The notes: generated from the letters alone by a model not told the origin. Positions 18,224-27,383 are shown, numbered from the stretch's first letter. The stretch: 45,467 nucleotides of DNA from Haliangiales bacterium (GCA_035637175.1 DASPXS010000185.1:1-45467); one strand, 5' to 3'. Program-made: numbers and translations.

Positions 18224-19537
18224 ATGCCCACGTTTCAATACAGAGCGTTGCAAAAAGACGGTACCATCGCCGAAGGGCAACTCGAGGCGGGTGGCCGGCA
18301 GGACGCGTTCCGTCAAATGGAAGGCCGCGGACTGCGCCCCATCAGCCTGGCCGAGCACCGGAACGGCAAACCACAGAAAGCGGAAGCCAACGGCAAAGCG
18401 CAGAAAACCGAGACGCCAAAGGCGGAAAATGTCTCCGGCGAAAAAGTCAATCGCGCGGCGAACTCGACACCGTTCCAGCTTTCCTTTGGCAGCGCGAACA
18501 GGATCTCGGCGCGGACGCTGGAGAATTTCACGCGCCTGCTTTCCAGCCTGCTGGCGGCGGGCGTGCCGCTCAGCCGGGCACTGGTGATTCTGACCAAGGA
18601 AGCGGCCACGCCCGCCGCGCGCGCCAAATGGAAAGAGATTCACGACCTGGTCGTGGACGGCATGTCTCTGGCCGACGCGATGGCGAAGTCTCCCGATACG
18701 TATCCCCGGGTGTATGTGGCGATGGTGGAAGCGGGGGAAACCGGCGGTTTTCTGGACGTGGTATTGGCGCAGATCGCCGATTTTCAGGCGAGCGAGAAGG
18801 AGATGCGGTCCAAGGTCATGGCCGCCATGCTTTATCCCTGCGTTCTGTTGTTCCTGGCGTTGGGCGTTTTGACTTTTCTGCTGGTCTTTTTCATCCCGCG
18901 CTTTCAACTCATTTTTGCCGACTTTCACGCCAACCTTCCGCTCTTGACGCAAGTCATCGTCAAGACCAGCGAAGTGCTCCGTTCGTATGGATTGCTGGCG
19001 GCGTTGGGCCTGGGTATCGCCGCTTTCCTGGTACGCAACTGGTTCGTTTCACCCGCCGGGCGGCGCGCGTGGGAGGGATTGATTCTGCGCGTCCCCGCTG
19101 TCGGGTCTCTGGTGGCGCAGTACGCCATGTCGAGGTTTTGCCGGATGTTGGGCACGTTGCTGGGCGCAGGCGTGCCGCTGATCAACGCCCTCAACGTGGC
19201 GCGCCGCTCGATTGGCAATCAGATTCTCGTGGACGCGGTCTCCAATTCGATTGAACGCGTCAAGGAAGGCAAGGCACTGGGTCCCAGCCTGGCCGATTGC
19301 CGCACACTCTTCTCCGGCTCGGTGTTGGAAATGATTTCGGTCGCGGAGGAGAGCGGGCGTCTGGATCAGGAACTGGTGCGCATCGCCAACGTCACCGAGG
19401 GCGACCTGGATCGCCAGCTCAAAACGGCCGTGGCCCTGGCGGAACCGCTGATGCTTTTCTTCATCGCCGGTTTCATCGGGACCATCTTCATTGGCATGGT
19501 GATGCCCATTTTCACTTTACAACAATACGTCAAATAA
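18224..19537 (+). CDS. gspF: Type II secretion inner-membrane platform protein GspF (GspF/PilC family)
   Basis: MPTFQYRALQKDGTIAEGQLEA... N-terminus and duplicated T2SSF domains (LSSLLAAGVPLSRAL / LGTLLGAGVPLINAL). The ATG at 18224 lies 8 nt after the gspE stop. The track ORF start at 18047 overlaps gspE and is rejected. Confidence 0.9.
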   Translation: MPTFQYRALQKDGTIAEGQLEAGGRQDAFRQMEGRGLRPISLAEHRNGKPQKAEANGKAQKTETPKAENVSGEKVNRAANSTPFQLSFGSANRISARTLENFTRLLSSLLAAGVPLSRALVILTKEAATPAARAKWKEIHDLVVDGMSLADAMAKSPDTYPRVYVAMVEAGETGGFLDVVLAQIADFQASEKEMRSKVMAAMLYPCVLLFLALGVLTFLLVFFIPRFQLIFADFHANLPLLTQVIVKTSEVLRSYGLLAALGLGIAAFLVRNWFVSPAGRRAWEGLILRVPAVGSLVAQYAMSRFCRMLGTLLGAGVPLINALNVARRSIGNQILVDAVSNSIERVKEGKALGPSLADCRTLFSGSVLEMISVAEESGRLDQELVRIANVTEGDLDRQLKTAVALAEPLMLFFIAGFIGTIFIGMVMPIFTLQQYVK

Positions 19538-19558
19538 ATCCGCGATCCGCGATTCAAC

Positions 19559-20023
19559 ATGAAAATCAAAACTTCCATCCGGCTTCCCGTTCAACGGCCG
19601 GGCCAACGGGCGTTCACGCTGGTTGAGCTGCTGCTGGTGCTGGTCATCCTCGGCACCCTGGCGGCTATTGTGCTTCCCAAATTCACCGGTACTACCGAGA
19701 AGGCGCGCCGAACCCAGGCGCAGACCCAGATCGCCGCCTTCAAAACGGCGCTGGAATTGTTTGAGACCGAAAACGGCCATTTCCCCAAAGGCAAAGACGG
19801 CCTGCTGGACCTCATCCAACAGCCGCGCGATGCCCAAAACTGGCATCCCTACCTGCAGGACGAAACGAGTATTCCCAACGATCCCTGGGGTCACCCTTAC
19901 ATTTATCTGTGTCCGGGCAAACACAATCCCAACTCCTACGACATCATCTCGATGGGGCCGGACGGACGCGAAGGAGGCGATGATGACATTACGAGTTGGC
20001 AACAGACAAACCCGAAGCAATGA
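19559..20023 (+). CDS. gspG: Type II secretion major pseudopilin GspG
   Basis: Prepilin N-terminus ...QRAFTLVELLLVLVILGTLAAIVLPKF. GspG hallmark NDPWGHPYIYLCPGKHNPNSYDIISMGPDGREGGDDDI. Confidence 0.9.
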   Translation: MKIKTSIRLPVQRPGQRAFTLVELLLVLVILGTLAAIVLPKFTGTTEKARRTQAQTQIAAFKTALELFETENGHFPKGKDGLLDLIQQPRDAQNWHPYLQDETSIPNDPWGHPYIYLCPGKHNPNSYDIISMGPDGREGGDDDITSWQQTNPKQ

Positions 20024-20558
20024 GTCAGATCGTGTGCGGGCATTCACTCTGATCGAGCTGCTTCTCGTGATGGCGCTGCTGCTGCTCGTGTTCGGAGTGT
20101 CGTTGCCGTCTTTGAAAGGTTTCTTTCGCGGACGGAATCTGGACTCGGAAGCGAGACGTTTTTTGTCGCTGACGCGCTACGGCCAGAGCCGGGCGGTGTC
20201 GGAAGGCGTGCCGATGGTGTTGTGGATTGATACCCGGCGGGGGGCCTACGGTCTGCAGCAGCAAGCCGGTTACACCGACGGCGACAGCAACGCGGTGAGA
20301 TTCACGGTCAGCGAAGAGATGCGGGTTGAGGTTCAAATGCCCGCGGTCACCATGCCGACGAGCCCGTTGAGCCAGACCATGCCGGGCGTGGGCAATGCTA
20401 CGATGATTCGATTTACTCCCGATGGTTTCATCGGGGAAAGCAGCCCTGACCGCATTCTGTTTCGCCAGGGTCAGGACGGTGCCATCGGGATAGTGGAAAG
20501 CACCAATCGGCTGAAATATGAGATGCAAGCCAATGATTCGCTCAATGCCCGCCGTTAA
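19980..20558 (+). CDS. Minor pseudopilin, GspH-like
   Basis: AAGGAGG at 19971-19977, followed by ATGATG at 19980-19985. Prepilin motif VRAFTLIELLLVMALLLLVF, then NLDSEARRFLSLTRYGQSRAV typical of GspH. It overlaps the gspG 3' end. The track ORF start at 19623 is rejected. Confidence 0.75.
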   Translation: MMTLRVGNRQTRSNESDRVRAFTLIELLLVMALLLLVFGVSLPSLKGFFRGRNLDSEARRFLSLTRYGQSRAVSEGVPMVLWIDTRRGAYGLQQQAGYTDGDSNAVRFTVSEEMRVEVQMPAVTMPTSPLSQTMPGVGNATMIRFTPDGFIGESSPDRILFRQGQDGAIGIVESTNRLKYEMQANDSLNARR

Positions 20559-20925
20559 GCGCGCGCCCGCGGCCTTCACGCTGGTCGAGGTGCTGGCGGC
20601 GTTGACGCTCATGGCCATCGTCATTCCGGTGGCGGTGCAAGCCTTGCGCATCGCGAACCTCGCGGGGCAGGTCGGTCAGCGCAAAGCGGTGGCGGCCCGG
20701 GTCGCCGGGCGTGTGCTGAACGAATTGATCGTGACCGGCCAATCGCGGGGCACCACTCAAAACGGCGTCGTCCAGGAAGGGGCGCAACAATATCCGTGGT
20801 CGATGCGTTCGGAGCCGTGGCCTCAGGACGCCATGCGCCTGGTGACTGTTCAAGTCACCTTTCCGGTGCAAGGCCGCGATTACAACGTGCGATTGAGCAC
20901 GCTGATGGACAATTCAACGCAATGA
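20518..20925 (+). CDS. Minor pseudopilin, GspI-like
   Basis: Prepilin motif APAAFTLVEVLAALTLMAIVIPVAV. The size (about 125-135 aa) and position fit GspI. The start could be 20518, 20533 or 20545. Confidence 0.7.
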   Translation: MRCKPMIRSMPAVKRAPAAFTLVEVLAALTLMAIVIPVAVQALRIANLAGQVGQRKAVAARVAGRVLNELIVTGQSRGTTQNGVVQEGAQQYPWSMRSEPWPQDAMRLVTVQVTFPVQGRDYNVRLSTLMDNSTQ

Positions 20926-21647
20926 ACATCGCACGTTCAGCCTGGCGACGCACGCGAGCCTTCACATTGCTGGAGGTGCTCATCGCGGTGATGATTTTTG
21001 CGATTGTGCTCGCGGCGAGCAACACGGTGTTGTATAGCGCGCTCCACCTGCAACGGCGGGCTACTGAATCGGTGGAACAGGCATTGCCCATGCAGCACGC
21101 CTTCGCCGTCATCCGCCGGGACCTCGCCAACCTCGTCGTTCCCGGCGGAACGCTTTCCGGCGTGTTTCAGACCACTTCCATCACCAACCTCGTCGGGGGC
21201 CAATCGAGCCCGGACTTTTACACCAGCGCCGGAATCATTGACGAAACGTCACCGTGGGCGGAAATCCAGAGAGTGTCCTACGTCCTGGCTGACCCCACCA
21301 GCCGCGACGCCACGGGCAAGGACCTCGTCCGGACCGTCACACGCAATTTGCTGCCCGCGACGGTGGAAGATGAACCGGCGCAGCAATGGCTGATGGGCGG
21401 CGTGCAGGGAATGGTGTTCTCTTACTACGACGGCACGCAATGGCGTGATTCATGGGACTCGACAACGGCCGACCCCACGACCGGCCTGACGAACAATCTG
21501 CCGCGGGCGATCAAGGTTCAAATTCAGCTCGCCTCCCAGCAACCCGGCCGCGCCCTGTTCGCGGCCGCGCCGATTGAGCTCGTGGTGCCGATTGTCGTTC
21601 AGGCGCGCACCAATAAAACGCAAGTGGCCAGCGGAGGCGGACGATGA
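20922..21647 (+). CDS. Minor pseudopilin, GspJ-like
   Basis: ATGA overlap with the preceding gene. MNIARSAWRRTRAFTLLEVLIAVMIFAIVLAAS..., then the AVIRRDLANL segment typical of GspJ/PulJ. Confidence 0.75.
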   Translation: MNIARSAWRRTRAFTLLEVLIAVMIFAIVLAASNTVLYSALHLQRRATESVEQALPMQHAFAVIRRDLANLVVPGGTLSGVFQTTSITNLVGGQSSPDFYTSAGIIDETSPWAEIQRVSYVLADPTSRDATGKDLVRTVTRNLLPATVEDEPAQQWLMGGVQGMVFSYYDGTQWRDSWDSTTADPTTGLTNNLPRAIKVQIQLASQQPGRALFAAAPIELVVPIVVQARTNKTQVASGGGR

Positions 21648-22990
21648 ACATCCGAGTGGCGATTGGAAATCGGCGATACAGCAGGTTGGGAACCTGCTCC
21701 ACGGCGCGCCAGGACGGCTCGGTGTTGATTATTGTCATGTGGATCGCGTTCGGCCTGGTGAGCCTGGCGTTGTATTTCGCGCACTCGATGTCGTTGGAGT
21801 TGCGCGCGGCGGACAATCGCGTCGCCGGCATGGAAGCCGAGGAGGCCATCGCGGGCGCGGCGCGTTATGTGAGCAATGTGCTGGCGAATGTCCAGCAGCC
21901 AGGGACGCTCCCGGACACCAACACCTATCGGTTTGCCGCCGTGCCGGTGGGTGATGCCACCTTCTGGCTGATCGGACGTGGCGACGCCCAGGATTCCTCC
22001 GCCACCGCGTATTTCGGCCTGGTCGACGAGGCATCGAAGCTGAACCTCAACACGGCCAGCACCAATATGCTCCTCGGGCTTCCTCGCATGACCGCGGACC
22101 TGGCCGCCAACATCGTTGCCTGGCGCAGCAGCGCTAACAACAATACCGTCGGCGGCGCCAAGTCGGAAACCTACCTGCGACTCAATCCGCCTTACCAATG
22201 CAAGAATGCGCCCTTCGAAACCGTGGATGAATTGCGCCTGGTGTACGGGGCGTATCTGGATGTTCTTTACGGCGAGGACGTGAATCTTAACGGGGTTCTT
22301 GATCCCAACGAGAACGACGGCGATGTGTCGCCGCCCGCGGACGACCAGAATGGCCGGCTGGACCCGGGAATTCTCGAATACGTCACGGTTTACAGCCATG
22401 AGCCCGGCCTGACCACCAACGGCACAGCCCGCGTGGTCGTGACCAATGCGACGCAGTTGGGAAGTTTTCTTCGGAACGCGGGCGTGACGGTGCGTCCGGG
22501 CCGGACGTACACCAGCGTTTTGGATTTCTATTATCAGAGCGGCATCAGCGCGGAGGATTTTGCCAAGGTCGAAGACCAGATCAGAAATCCGAGCCTGGAC
22601 GGTCTGGTGAACGTGAATACCGCCAGCGCCGCGGTATTGGCGTGCCTCTTCGCCGGCGCAGGCGCCGATACCAATAACGCGGTGTCGTTGGTGGCCTACC
22701 GCCAGTCGCAAGCATACCCCTTGACTTCACTGGCCTGGGTCAAGGATGTCCTGGATGCACAAACGGCCAGACGGGTCGGGCCCTATCTCACGGGGAAGAG
22801 CTACCAGTTCACGGCGGACATCGCCGCCGTCGGCCATTTTGGACGGGGCTATCGGCGGGTGAAATACATTTTCGATACCAGCGACAGCGCGCCGAAGGTT
22901 CTTTACCGGCAGGAACTGACCCACATGGGTTGGGCCCTCGGCAAACAAGCGCGGGCCACGTCACTGCTCGCGAAGGCAACAACACCATGA
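21644..22990 (+). CDS. GspK-like minor pseudopilin
   Basis: ATGA overlap. Hydrophobic N-terminus GSVLIIVMWIAFGLVSLALYF without Glu+5. Helix-hairpin-helix-like GLVNVNTASAAVLACL typical of GspK. 448 aa, which is larger than usual. Confidence 0.72.
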   Translation: MNIRVAIGNRRYSRLGTCSTARQDGSVLIIVMWIAFGLVSLALYFAHSMSLELRAADNRVAGMEAEEAIAGAARYVSNVLANVQQPGTLPDTNTYRFAAVPVGDATFWLIGRGDAQDSSATAYFGLVDEASKLNLNTASTNMLLGLPRMTADLAANIVAWRSSANNNTVGGAKSETYLRLNPPYQCKNAPFETVDELRLVYGAYLDVLYGEDVNLNGVLDPNENDGDVSPPADDQNGRLDPGILEYVTVYSHEPGLTTNGTARVVVTNATQLGSFLRNAGVTVRPGRTYTSVLDFYYQSGISAEDFAKVEDQIRNPSLDGLVNVNTASAAVLACLFAGAGADTNNAVSLVAYRQSQAYPLTSLAWVKDVLDAQTARRVGPYLTGKSYQFTADIAAVGHFGRGYRRVKYIFDTSDSAPKVLYRQELTHMGWALGKQARATSLLAKATTP

Positions 22991-24432
22991 TGCCATTGCT
23001 GCAAAGAAAACGGAGGCCTTCCTCGATTGTGGGGCTCGCTCTGGAGGGAGGCCGGCTCGAGGCCGTCGTCCTGCGCCGGACCAACGGCTCGCTCCAGGTC
23101 CTGAAAAACTTTGGCGTATCGCTGGCGCTGAATCCCCTGACCGGCGACCCGGAACTGGTGGGTCGCGAAATTCGGAATCATTTGGATCAGGCGGGCATTC
23201 GCGAACGCGGCTGCGCCGTGTGTGTTCCCTTGAGTTGGGCGTTGACCGCGCAGACGAAAGTGCCCGACATGCCGGAGGCGGACCTCGCGAGTTTTCTGGA
23301 GATTGAAGCCGAACGGGGTTTTCCCTACAGCCCGGACACGCTTTCAGTCTGCCACTCACGCTCCCATTCCGCCAGCGGCGAGCAATATGCCACGCTGGTG
23401 GCCATACCCCGGAACCATCTTTCGCAACTGGAAAGGGCCTTGAAAGCCGCGAAACTTAAGCCGGTGAGTTTCACGCTGGGCGTTGCCGCATTGCAAAGCG
23501 CGGACGACCAACGGCCGCAAGGCGTGCTGGCGCTTGCGATCGGAGACAACAGCGTGGACCTGCAAGTGACTTGCGGAGGCGGCGTCGCCGCGTTGCGCGC
23601 GCTCGAGGGCGCCATCGTAACCGAAGGGGTGCAGAAACGGCTCGACGCCGACCTGCTGGCGCGCGAAGTCCGGGTCACGCTCGGACAGTTGCCGGTCGAG
23701 TTTCGCAGCGCGGTACGGAAGGTAAGGGTGTTTGGGCGCGGTGATTTCGTGCAACGATTCGCCAGTGACATCACGCCCCGCGTGGAAGCGATGGGAATGC
23801 AAGTCGAACTGGTGAAAGGGTACGGCGCCGATGAATTCCACATTCGCCTCCCGTCGGATGCGGTCGTTTCCGCGGCGCTGAGCGCGGCCGCAAGATACCT
23901 GGCCGGAGCGGCTGGTGTTTTTGAATTTATCCCGCCGAAAATCAGCTCCTGGCGGCAACTGAACAACCGGTTTTCCTCAAAGAAGTTGGCCTGGGCGGGG
24001 GCCACAGCGGGTTCCGTGGCCGTGGTGATCGTCACGGCTTTCCTGGTCCAGCAATGGCAGCTTTCGCGGCTTCAATCCAAATGGGCGGCGCTCGGACCGA
24101 AGGTCAAACAACTGGAAGACATGCAGCAACAGATCAGGAAATATCGTCCCTGGTTCGACGAGTCGTTCCGCGGTCTGAGCATCCTGCGCAAACTCACCGA
24201 GGCGTTTCCGGAAGACGGCGTGGTTTCCGCCAAATCCGTGGAGATTCGCGATCTCTCGACGGTCACCTGTTCGGGCACCGCCCGGGACACGCAAGCGTTT
24301 TTGAAGATGCTCGACCAATTGCGCCACACCCGGGAATTCGGCAACGTGCAGGTCGATCAGATTCGCGGCAAAGCCCCCTTGCAGTTCACTTTCAACTTTC
24401 AATGGGGTGAAGGAGGAAGCAATGAAAATTAA
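22987..24432 (+). CDS. GspL-like assembly protein (PilM-like cytoplasmic domain, one TM, PilN-like periplasmic domain)
   Basis: ATGA overlap. N-terminal about 330 aa with an actin/PilM-like pattern (IVGLALEGGRLEAVVL...,...LALAIGDNSVDLQV). Single TM LAWAGATAGSVAVVIVTAFLV (about 23986-24055). Periplasmic alpha/beta domain. Assigned by topology and position, not by strong motif. Confidence 0.65.
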   Translation: MMPLLQRKRRPSSIVGLALEGGRLEAVVLRRTNGSLQVLKNFGVSLALNPLTGDPELVGREIRNHLDQAGIRERGCAVCVPLSWALTAQTKVPDMPEADLASFLEIEAERGFPYSPDTLSVCHSRSHSASGEQYATLVAIPRNHLSQLERALKAAKLKPVSFTLGVAALQSADDQRPQGVLALAIGDNSVDLQVTCGGGVAALRALEGAIVTEGVQKRLDADLLAREVRVTLGQLPVEFRSAVRKVRVFGRGDFVQRFASDITPRVEAMGMQVELVKGYGADEFHIRLPSDAVVSAALSAAARYLAGAAGVFEFIPPKISSWRQLNNRFSSKKLAWAGATAGSVAVVIVTAFLVQQWQLSRLQSKWAALGPKVKQLEDMQQQIRKYRPWFDESFRGLSILRKLTEAFPEDGVVSAKSVEIRDLSTVTCSGTARDTQAFLKMLDQLRHTREFGNVQVDQIRGKAPLQFTFNFQWGEGGSNEN

Positions 24433-24958
24433 AAACCGCCAACAGGGCCTGGCCATTATCGCCATCTCGGTGGTCGCGCTGCTGGCGTCGGACCGATTGA
24501 TCTTTTCCCCGCTCGCCCGCAGTTGGAAGGCGCGCGCCGACCGGATTGTCGAATTGAAGAAATCGATCAGCCGGGGCGCCATGATGCGGGACAGGGAACA
24601 GGCGATTCGGAGTCGCTGGGACAGCATGAGAACCAACACGCTGCCCAACAATGTCTCCGCCGCCGACAACGAAGTGCTCAAAGCGTTCGATCGCTGGTCA
24701 CAGGAAAGCCGGATCAGCGTCAGTTCCATCAGGCCGCAATGGAAACGCAACGGCGAGGACTACATGACGTTGGAGTGCCGCGCCGACGCGTCCGGCAGCA
24801 TGCCGGCGCTCACGCGATTTCTTTACGAACTGGAAAAGGATCCGCTCGCCTTGAAGGTTGAATCGGTGGAAATCAGCTCGCGCGACAACGAGGGCCAGCA
24901 GCTCTCGCTCGCTTTGCTGGTAAGCGGACTGCTGCTCAACCCGCCCTCGCAACCATGA
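24422..24958 (+). CDS. GspM/PilO-like bitopic membrane protein
   Basis: AGGAGG at 24411-24416, then ATG at 24422. N-terminal TM QQGLAIIAISVVALLAS, a coiled segment, and a C-terminal ferredoxin-like region (...MTLECRADASGSMPALTRFLYELEKDP..). Positional assignment. Confidence 0.6.
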   Translation: MKIKNRQQGLAIIAISVVALLASDRLIFSPLARSWKARADRIVELKKSISRGAMMRDREQAIRSRWDSMRTNTLPNNVSAADNEVLKAFDRWSQESRISVSSIRPQWKRNGEDYMTLECRADASGSMPALTRFLYELEKDPLALKVESVEISSRDNEGQQLSLALLVSGLLLNPPSQP

Positions 24959-25710
24959 ACGAACAAGTCCTGCCAGTCGTCGTTTGGCGCGCAGGGGCGC
25001 GCTTCGAAGTCGTCCTTGCAGCGACGCACGGGGCCTCGAGTCGGTCGGGCTCGACCTGCGCGCCGCGGCCGTGTGTGAGTCGCGACCGGGCCAATGCCCG
25101 GTGGCCAACCCTGGGCGCGGGGCGGACGATGTGTTGGAGCGCGGGCGCGTACGTTGTTTCTGCGCGGATGCTGGTCACGCTGATTTTGTTGTTGGCAACC
25201 TCCCTGTTTGCGCGAGCGCAAGGCACGAACGCGCCCGGCCGTCCGGATTATCAGTCGTTCAAAATCCTCACGGAGCGGAACATTTTCGACCCCAACCGCT
25301 CGTCACGTTCCGGCCGGCGGACTGAGACGCGGAGACCGACCAGAGTGGATTCCTTTGCGCTGGTTGGAACCCTCAGCTACGAGAAGGGAACCTTCGCCTT
25401 TTTTGACGGTAGTGATTCGTCCTATAAAAGAGCTCTCAAAACCGGCGACATCATCGCCGGTTGCAGGATCGCGGAGATAACTGCCGACCGCGTGAAGCTG
25501 GAAACCAACGGCGTGCAGATGGAACTGAGCGTGGGCATGCAGATGAAGAAACAGGACGAAGGTGAATGGCAATTGGGCGGCCGCGCCGAGTTCTCCGGCG
25601 CCCCGGTGGCCACCACGGCCGCAAACGAAAAAACCGACGGCACCAACGGCGGCGGGGAAAGCGACGTGTTAAAGAAACTGCTACAAAAACGTGAACAGGA
25701 ATTAAAATGA
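24955..25710 (+). CDS. GspC/PilP-like periplasmic protein (secretin-interacting HR-type domain)
   Basis: The core FALVGTLSYEKGTFAFFDGSDSSYKRALKTGDIIAGCRIAEITADRVKLETNG resembles the GspC HR / PilP beta-sandwich pattern. ATGA overlaps at both ends. The real start may be the later Met at 25168 (MLVTLILLLATSLFARAQG signal/anchor). Confidence 0.55.
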   Translation: MNEQVLPVVVWRAGARFEVVLAATHGASSRSGSTCAPRPCVSRDRANARWPTLGAGRTMCWSAGAYVVSARMLVTLILLLATSLFARAQGTNAPGRPDYQSFKILTERNIFDPNRSSRSGRRTETRRPTRVDSFALVGTLSYEKGTFAFFDGSDSSYKRALKTGDIIAGCRIAEITADRVKLETNGVQMELSVGMQMKKQDEGEWQLGGRAEFSGAPVATTAANEKTDGTNGGGESDVLKKLLQKREQELK

Positions 25711-27383
25711 AAACCGTGAAGAACCTTATTCTTGGGACGACATTGGCCGTCGCCTTGCTGAGCACCGCAGCGGGACAACAAGCGGACTCCACCAAAGCGG
25801 ACAAACAGCCGGCCGCCGCCGAACCGAAAGTCGGCGAACAAACGCCGCCGCCCGCCGACAAGCCGGCAGCGGGAGCCGTCGACAAAGCGGCGGACAACCC
25901 TGCCCCCGCGCCGCCGCCCAAAGAACAGGCGCCGTCTGTTCTCACGCCCGCGTCGGCGAATGCCGGGGCTGCGAGCGGGTTGCGCCTGAACTTCCGCGGC
26001 GTGCCATTGGAGATGGTGTTGAATTATCTGAGCGACGCCGCCGGATTCGTCATCAACATCAAACCGGGAACCGACGTGCGGGGCAAAGTGGATGTCTGGA
26101 GCAATCAGCCGTTGAGCAAGGACGAGGCGGTCGATCTGCTGAACACGGTCTTGAACCAAAACGGCTACGCGGCGGTCCGGAAAGGAAGGACGCTGACGAT
26201 CATGAGCCGCGATGAGGCCAAGAAGGATAAGATTCCGGTCATCCCCAACATCCCCACCAATGGTCCTGCCGGCATGGCCGAGAGCGACGAGATGGCCACC
26301 CAGATCATCCCGATCCGATATGCCAACGCGACTCAAATGACCAAGGACCTTCAGCCGCTCCTTCCCTCCTACGCCAGCCTGACGGCCAACGAAAGCGCCA
26401 ACGCGCTCGTGCTGACGGACACCCAGTCCGATGCCCGACGGATGGTCGAGATTGTCCGGGCGCTCGACACCTCCATTTCCAGCATTGCGACGGTCCGGGT
26501 TTTCCCGCTCAAATTCGCGGACGCGAAAGACCTGGCGAGCGCGGTCAAGGATTTGTTCCAGTCACCGACCCAGCAAAACAATAATAATCCTGCCGCCCGG
26601 TTTTTTGCCCGGTTCGGTCGCGGCGGCTTTGGCGGAGGTCCCGGCGGCGGCGGAGACCAATCGGAAGGGACCGGGAACAGCGAAGCCCGGACCGCGGCCT
26701 CGCGCGTCGTCGCCGTCGCCGATGATCGATCCAATTCCCTGGTGGTCAGCGCACCGGAGGAATTCATACCGACGATCGAACACCTGGTTACTGAATTGGA
26801 TGTCAGCGCGGTGGACATCACCGAACTGCGGGTTTTCCATTTGAAAAACGCCGACCCGGTGGAGATGGCGGAACTTTTTTCGCAGTTGTTCCCGGATGAG
26901 ACCAAGACCAGTAACGACGCGAACCAAAACCAGGGCGGATTTCGCTTCCGGGGGGGATTTGGGGGCGCGTTCAATAACGCGAACCAGAATACCCAATCCA
27001 CGAGCGACCGGATGAAAAAGAAAGGCCGGGTCACGGCAGTGGCGGACCAGCGGACGTCGTCGATCATTGTCAGCGCGGCCAGCGAATTGATGGACCAAAT
27101 CGCGGACATGATCGCGCAACTCGATTCCAGTTCTCCGAAGAAGCAAATGGTGTTTGTCTTTCCCATCGAGAACGCCAATCCGCAGCAGGCTCAGCAGATC
27201 CTGCAAGACCTGTTTCAGCGCAGCAGCACCAGCATGAACCGGAACTCCGCGAACCAGAACAACACCCTGCTCAACCGGAGCCAGTCGAACAATCAAGGGA
27301 CGACCGGCGGCACGGGCTTCGGGAACACCGGTTCCGGCAATAACGGCGGCTTGAATGGCGGCCAGGGACAGACGTTCCGTTAA
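25707..27383 (+). CDS. Secretin N-domain protein (GspD N0-N1-N2-N3 plus half of a further N-domain; no secretin pore domain)
   Basis: Signal peptide MKTVKNLILGTTLAVALLSTAAG and a Pro/Ala linker. N0-like LNFRGVPLEMVLNYLSDAAGFVINI. Three complete Secretin_N-type modules follow (IIPIRYANATQM...ALVLTDTQSDARRMVEIVRALD; VRVFPLKFADAKDL...RVVAVADDRSNSLVVSAPEEF...LVTELD; LRVFHLKNADPVEM...RVTAVADQRTSSIIVSAASELMDQIADMIAQLD). A fourth module is present only as its first half (MVFVFPIENANPQQAQQILQDLFQ) and ends in an N/Q/G-rich tail and TAA. Confidence 0.85.
   Translation: MKTVKNLILGTTLAVALLSTAAGQQADSTKADKQPAAAEPKVGEQTPPPADKPAAGAVDKAADNPAPAPPPKEQAPSVLTPASANAGAASGLRLNFRGVPLEMVLNYLSDAAGFVINIKPGTDVRGKVDVWSNQPLSKDEAVDLLNTVLNQNGYAAVRKGRTLTIMSRDEAKKDKIPVIPNIPTNGPAGMAESDEMATQIIPIRYANATQMTKDLQPLLPSYASLTANESANALVLTDTQSDARRMVEIVRALDTSISSIATVRVFPLKFADAKDLASAVKDLFQSPTQQNNNNPAARFFARFGRGGFGGGPGGGGDQSEGTGNSEARTAASRVVAVADDRSNSLVVSAPEEFIPTIEHLVTELDVSAVDITELRVFHLKNADPVEMAELFSQLFPDETKTSNDANQNQGGFRFRGGFGGAFNNANQNTQSTSDRMKKKGRVTAVADQRTSSIIVSAASELMDQIADMIAQLDSSSPKKQMVFVFPIENANPQQAQQILQDLFQRSSTSMNRNSANQNNTLLNRSQSNNQGTTGGTGFGNTGSGNNGGLNGGQGQTFR

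Noticed and set aside
19492-19505. Sigma-54-like motif TGGCATGGTGATGC, 55 nt upstream of gspG. This is an attractive location by analogy with pilA promoters.
   Set aside because: GG (19493-19494) and GC (19504-19505) are separated by 9 nt, not the required 10. The motif also lies inside the gspF coding sequence. It is probably chance, though an internal promoter cannot be excluded without a PWM scan or 5'-end data.
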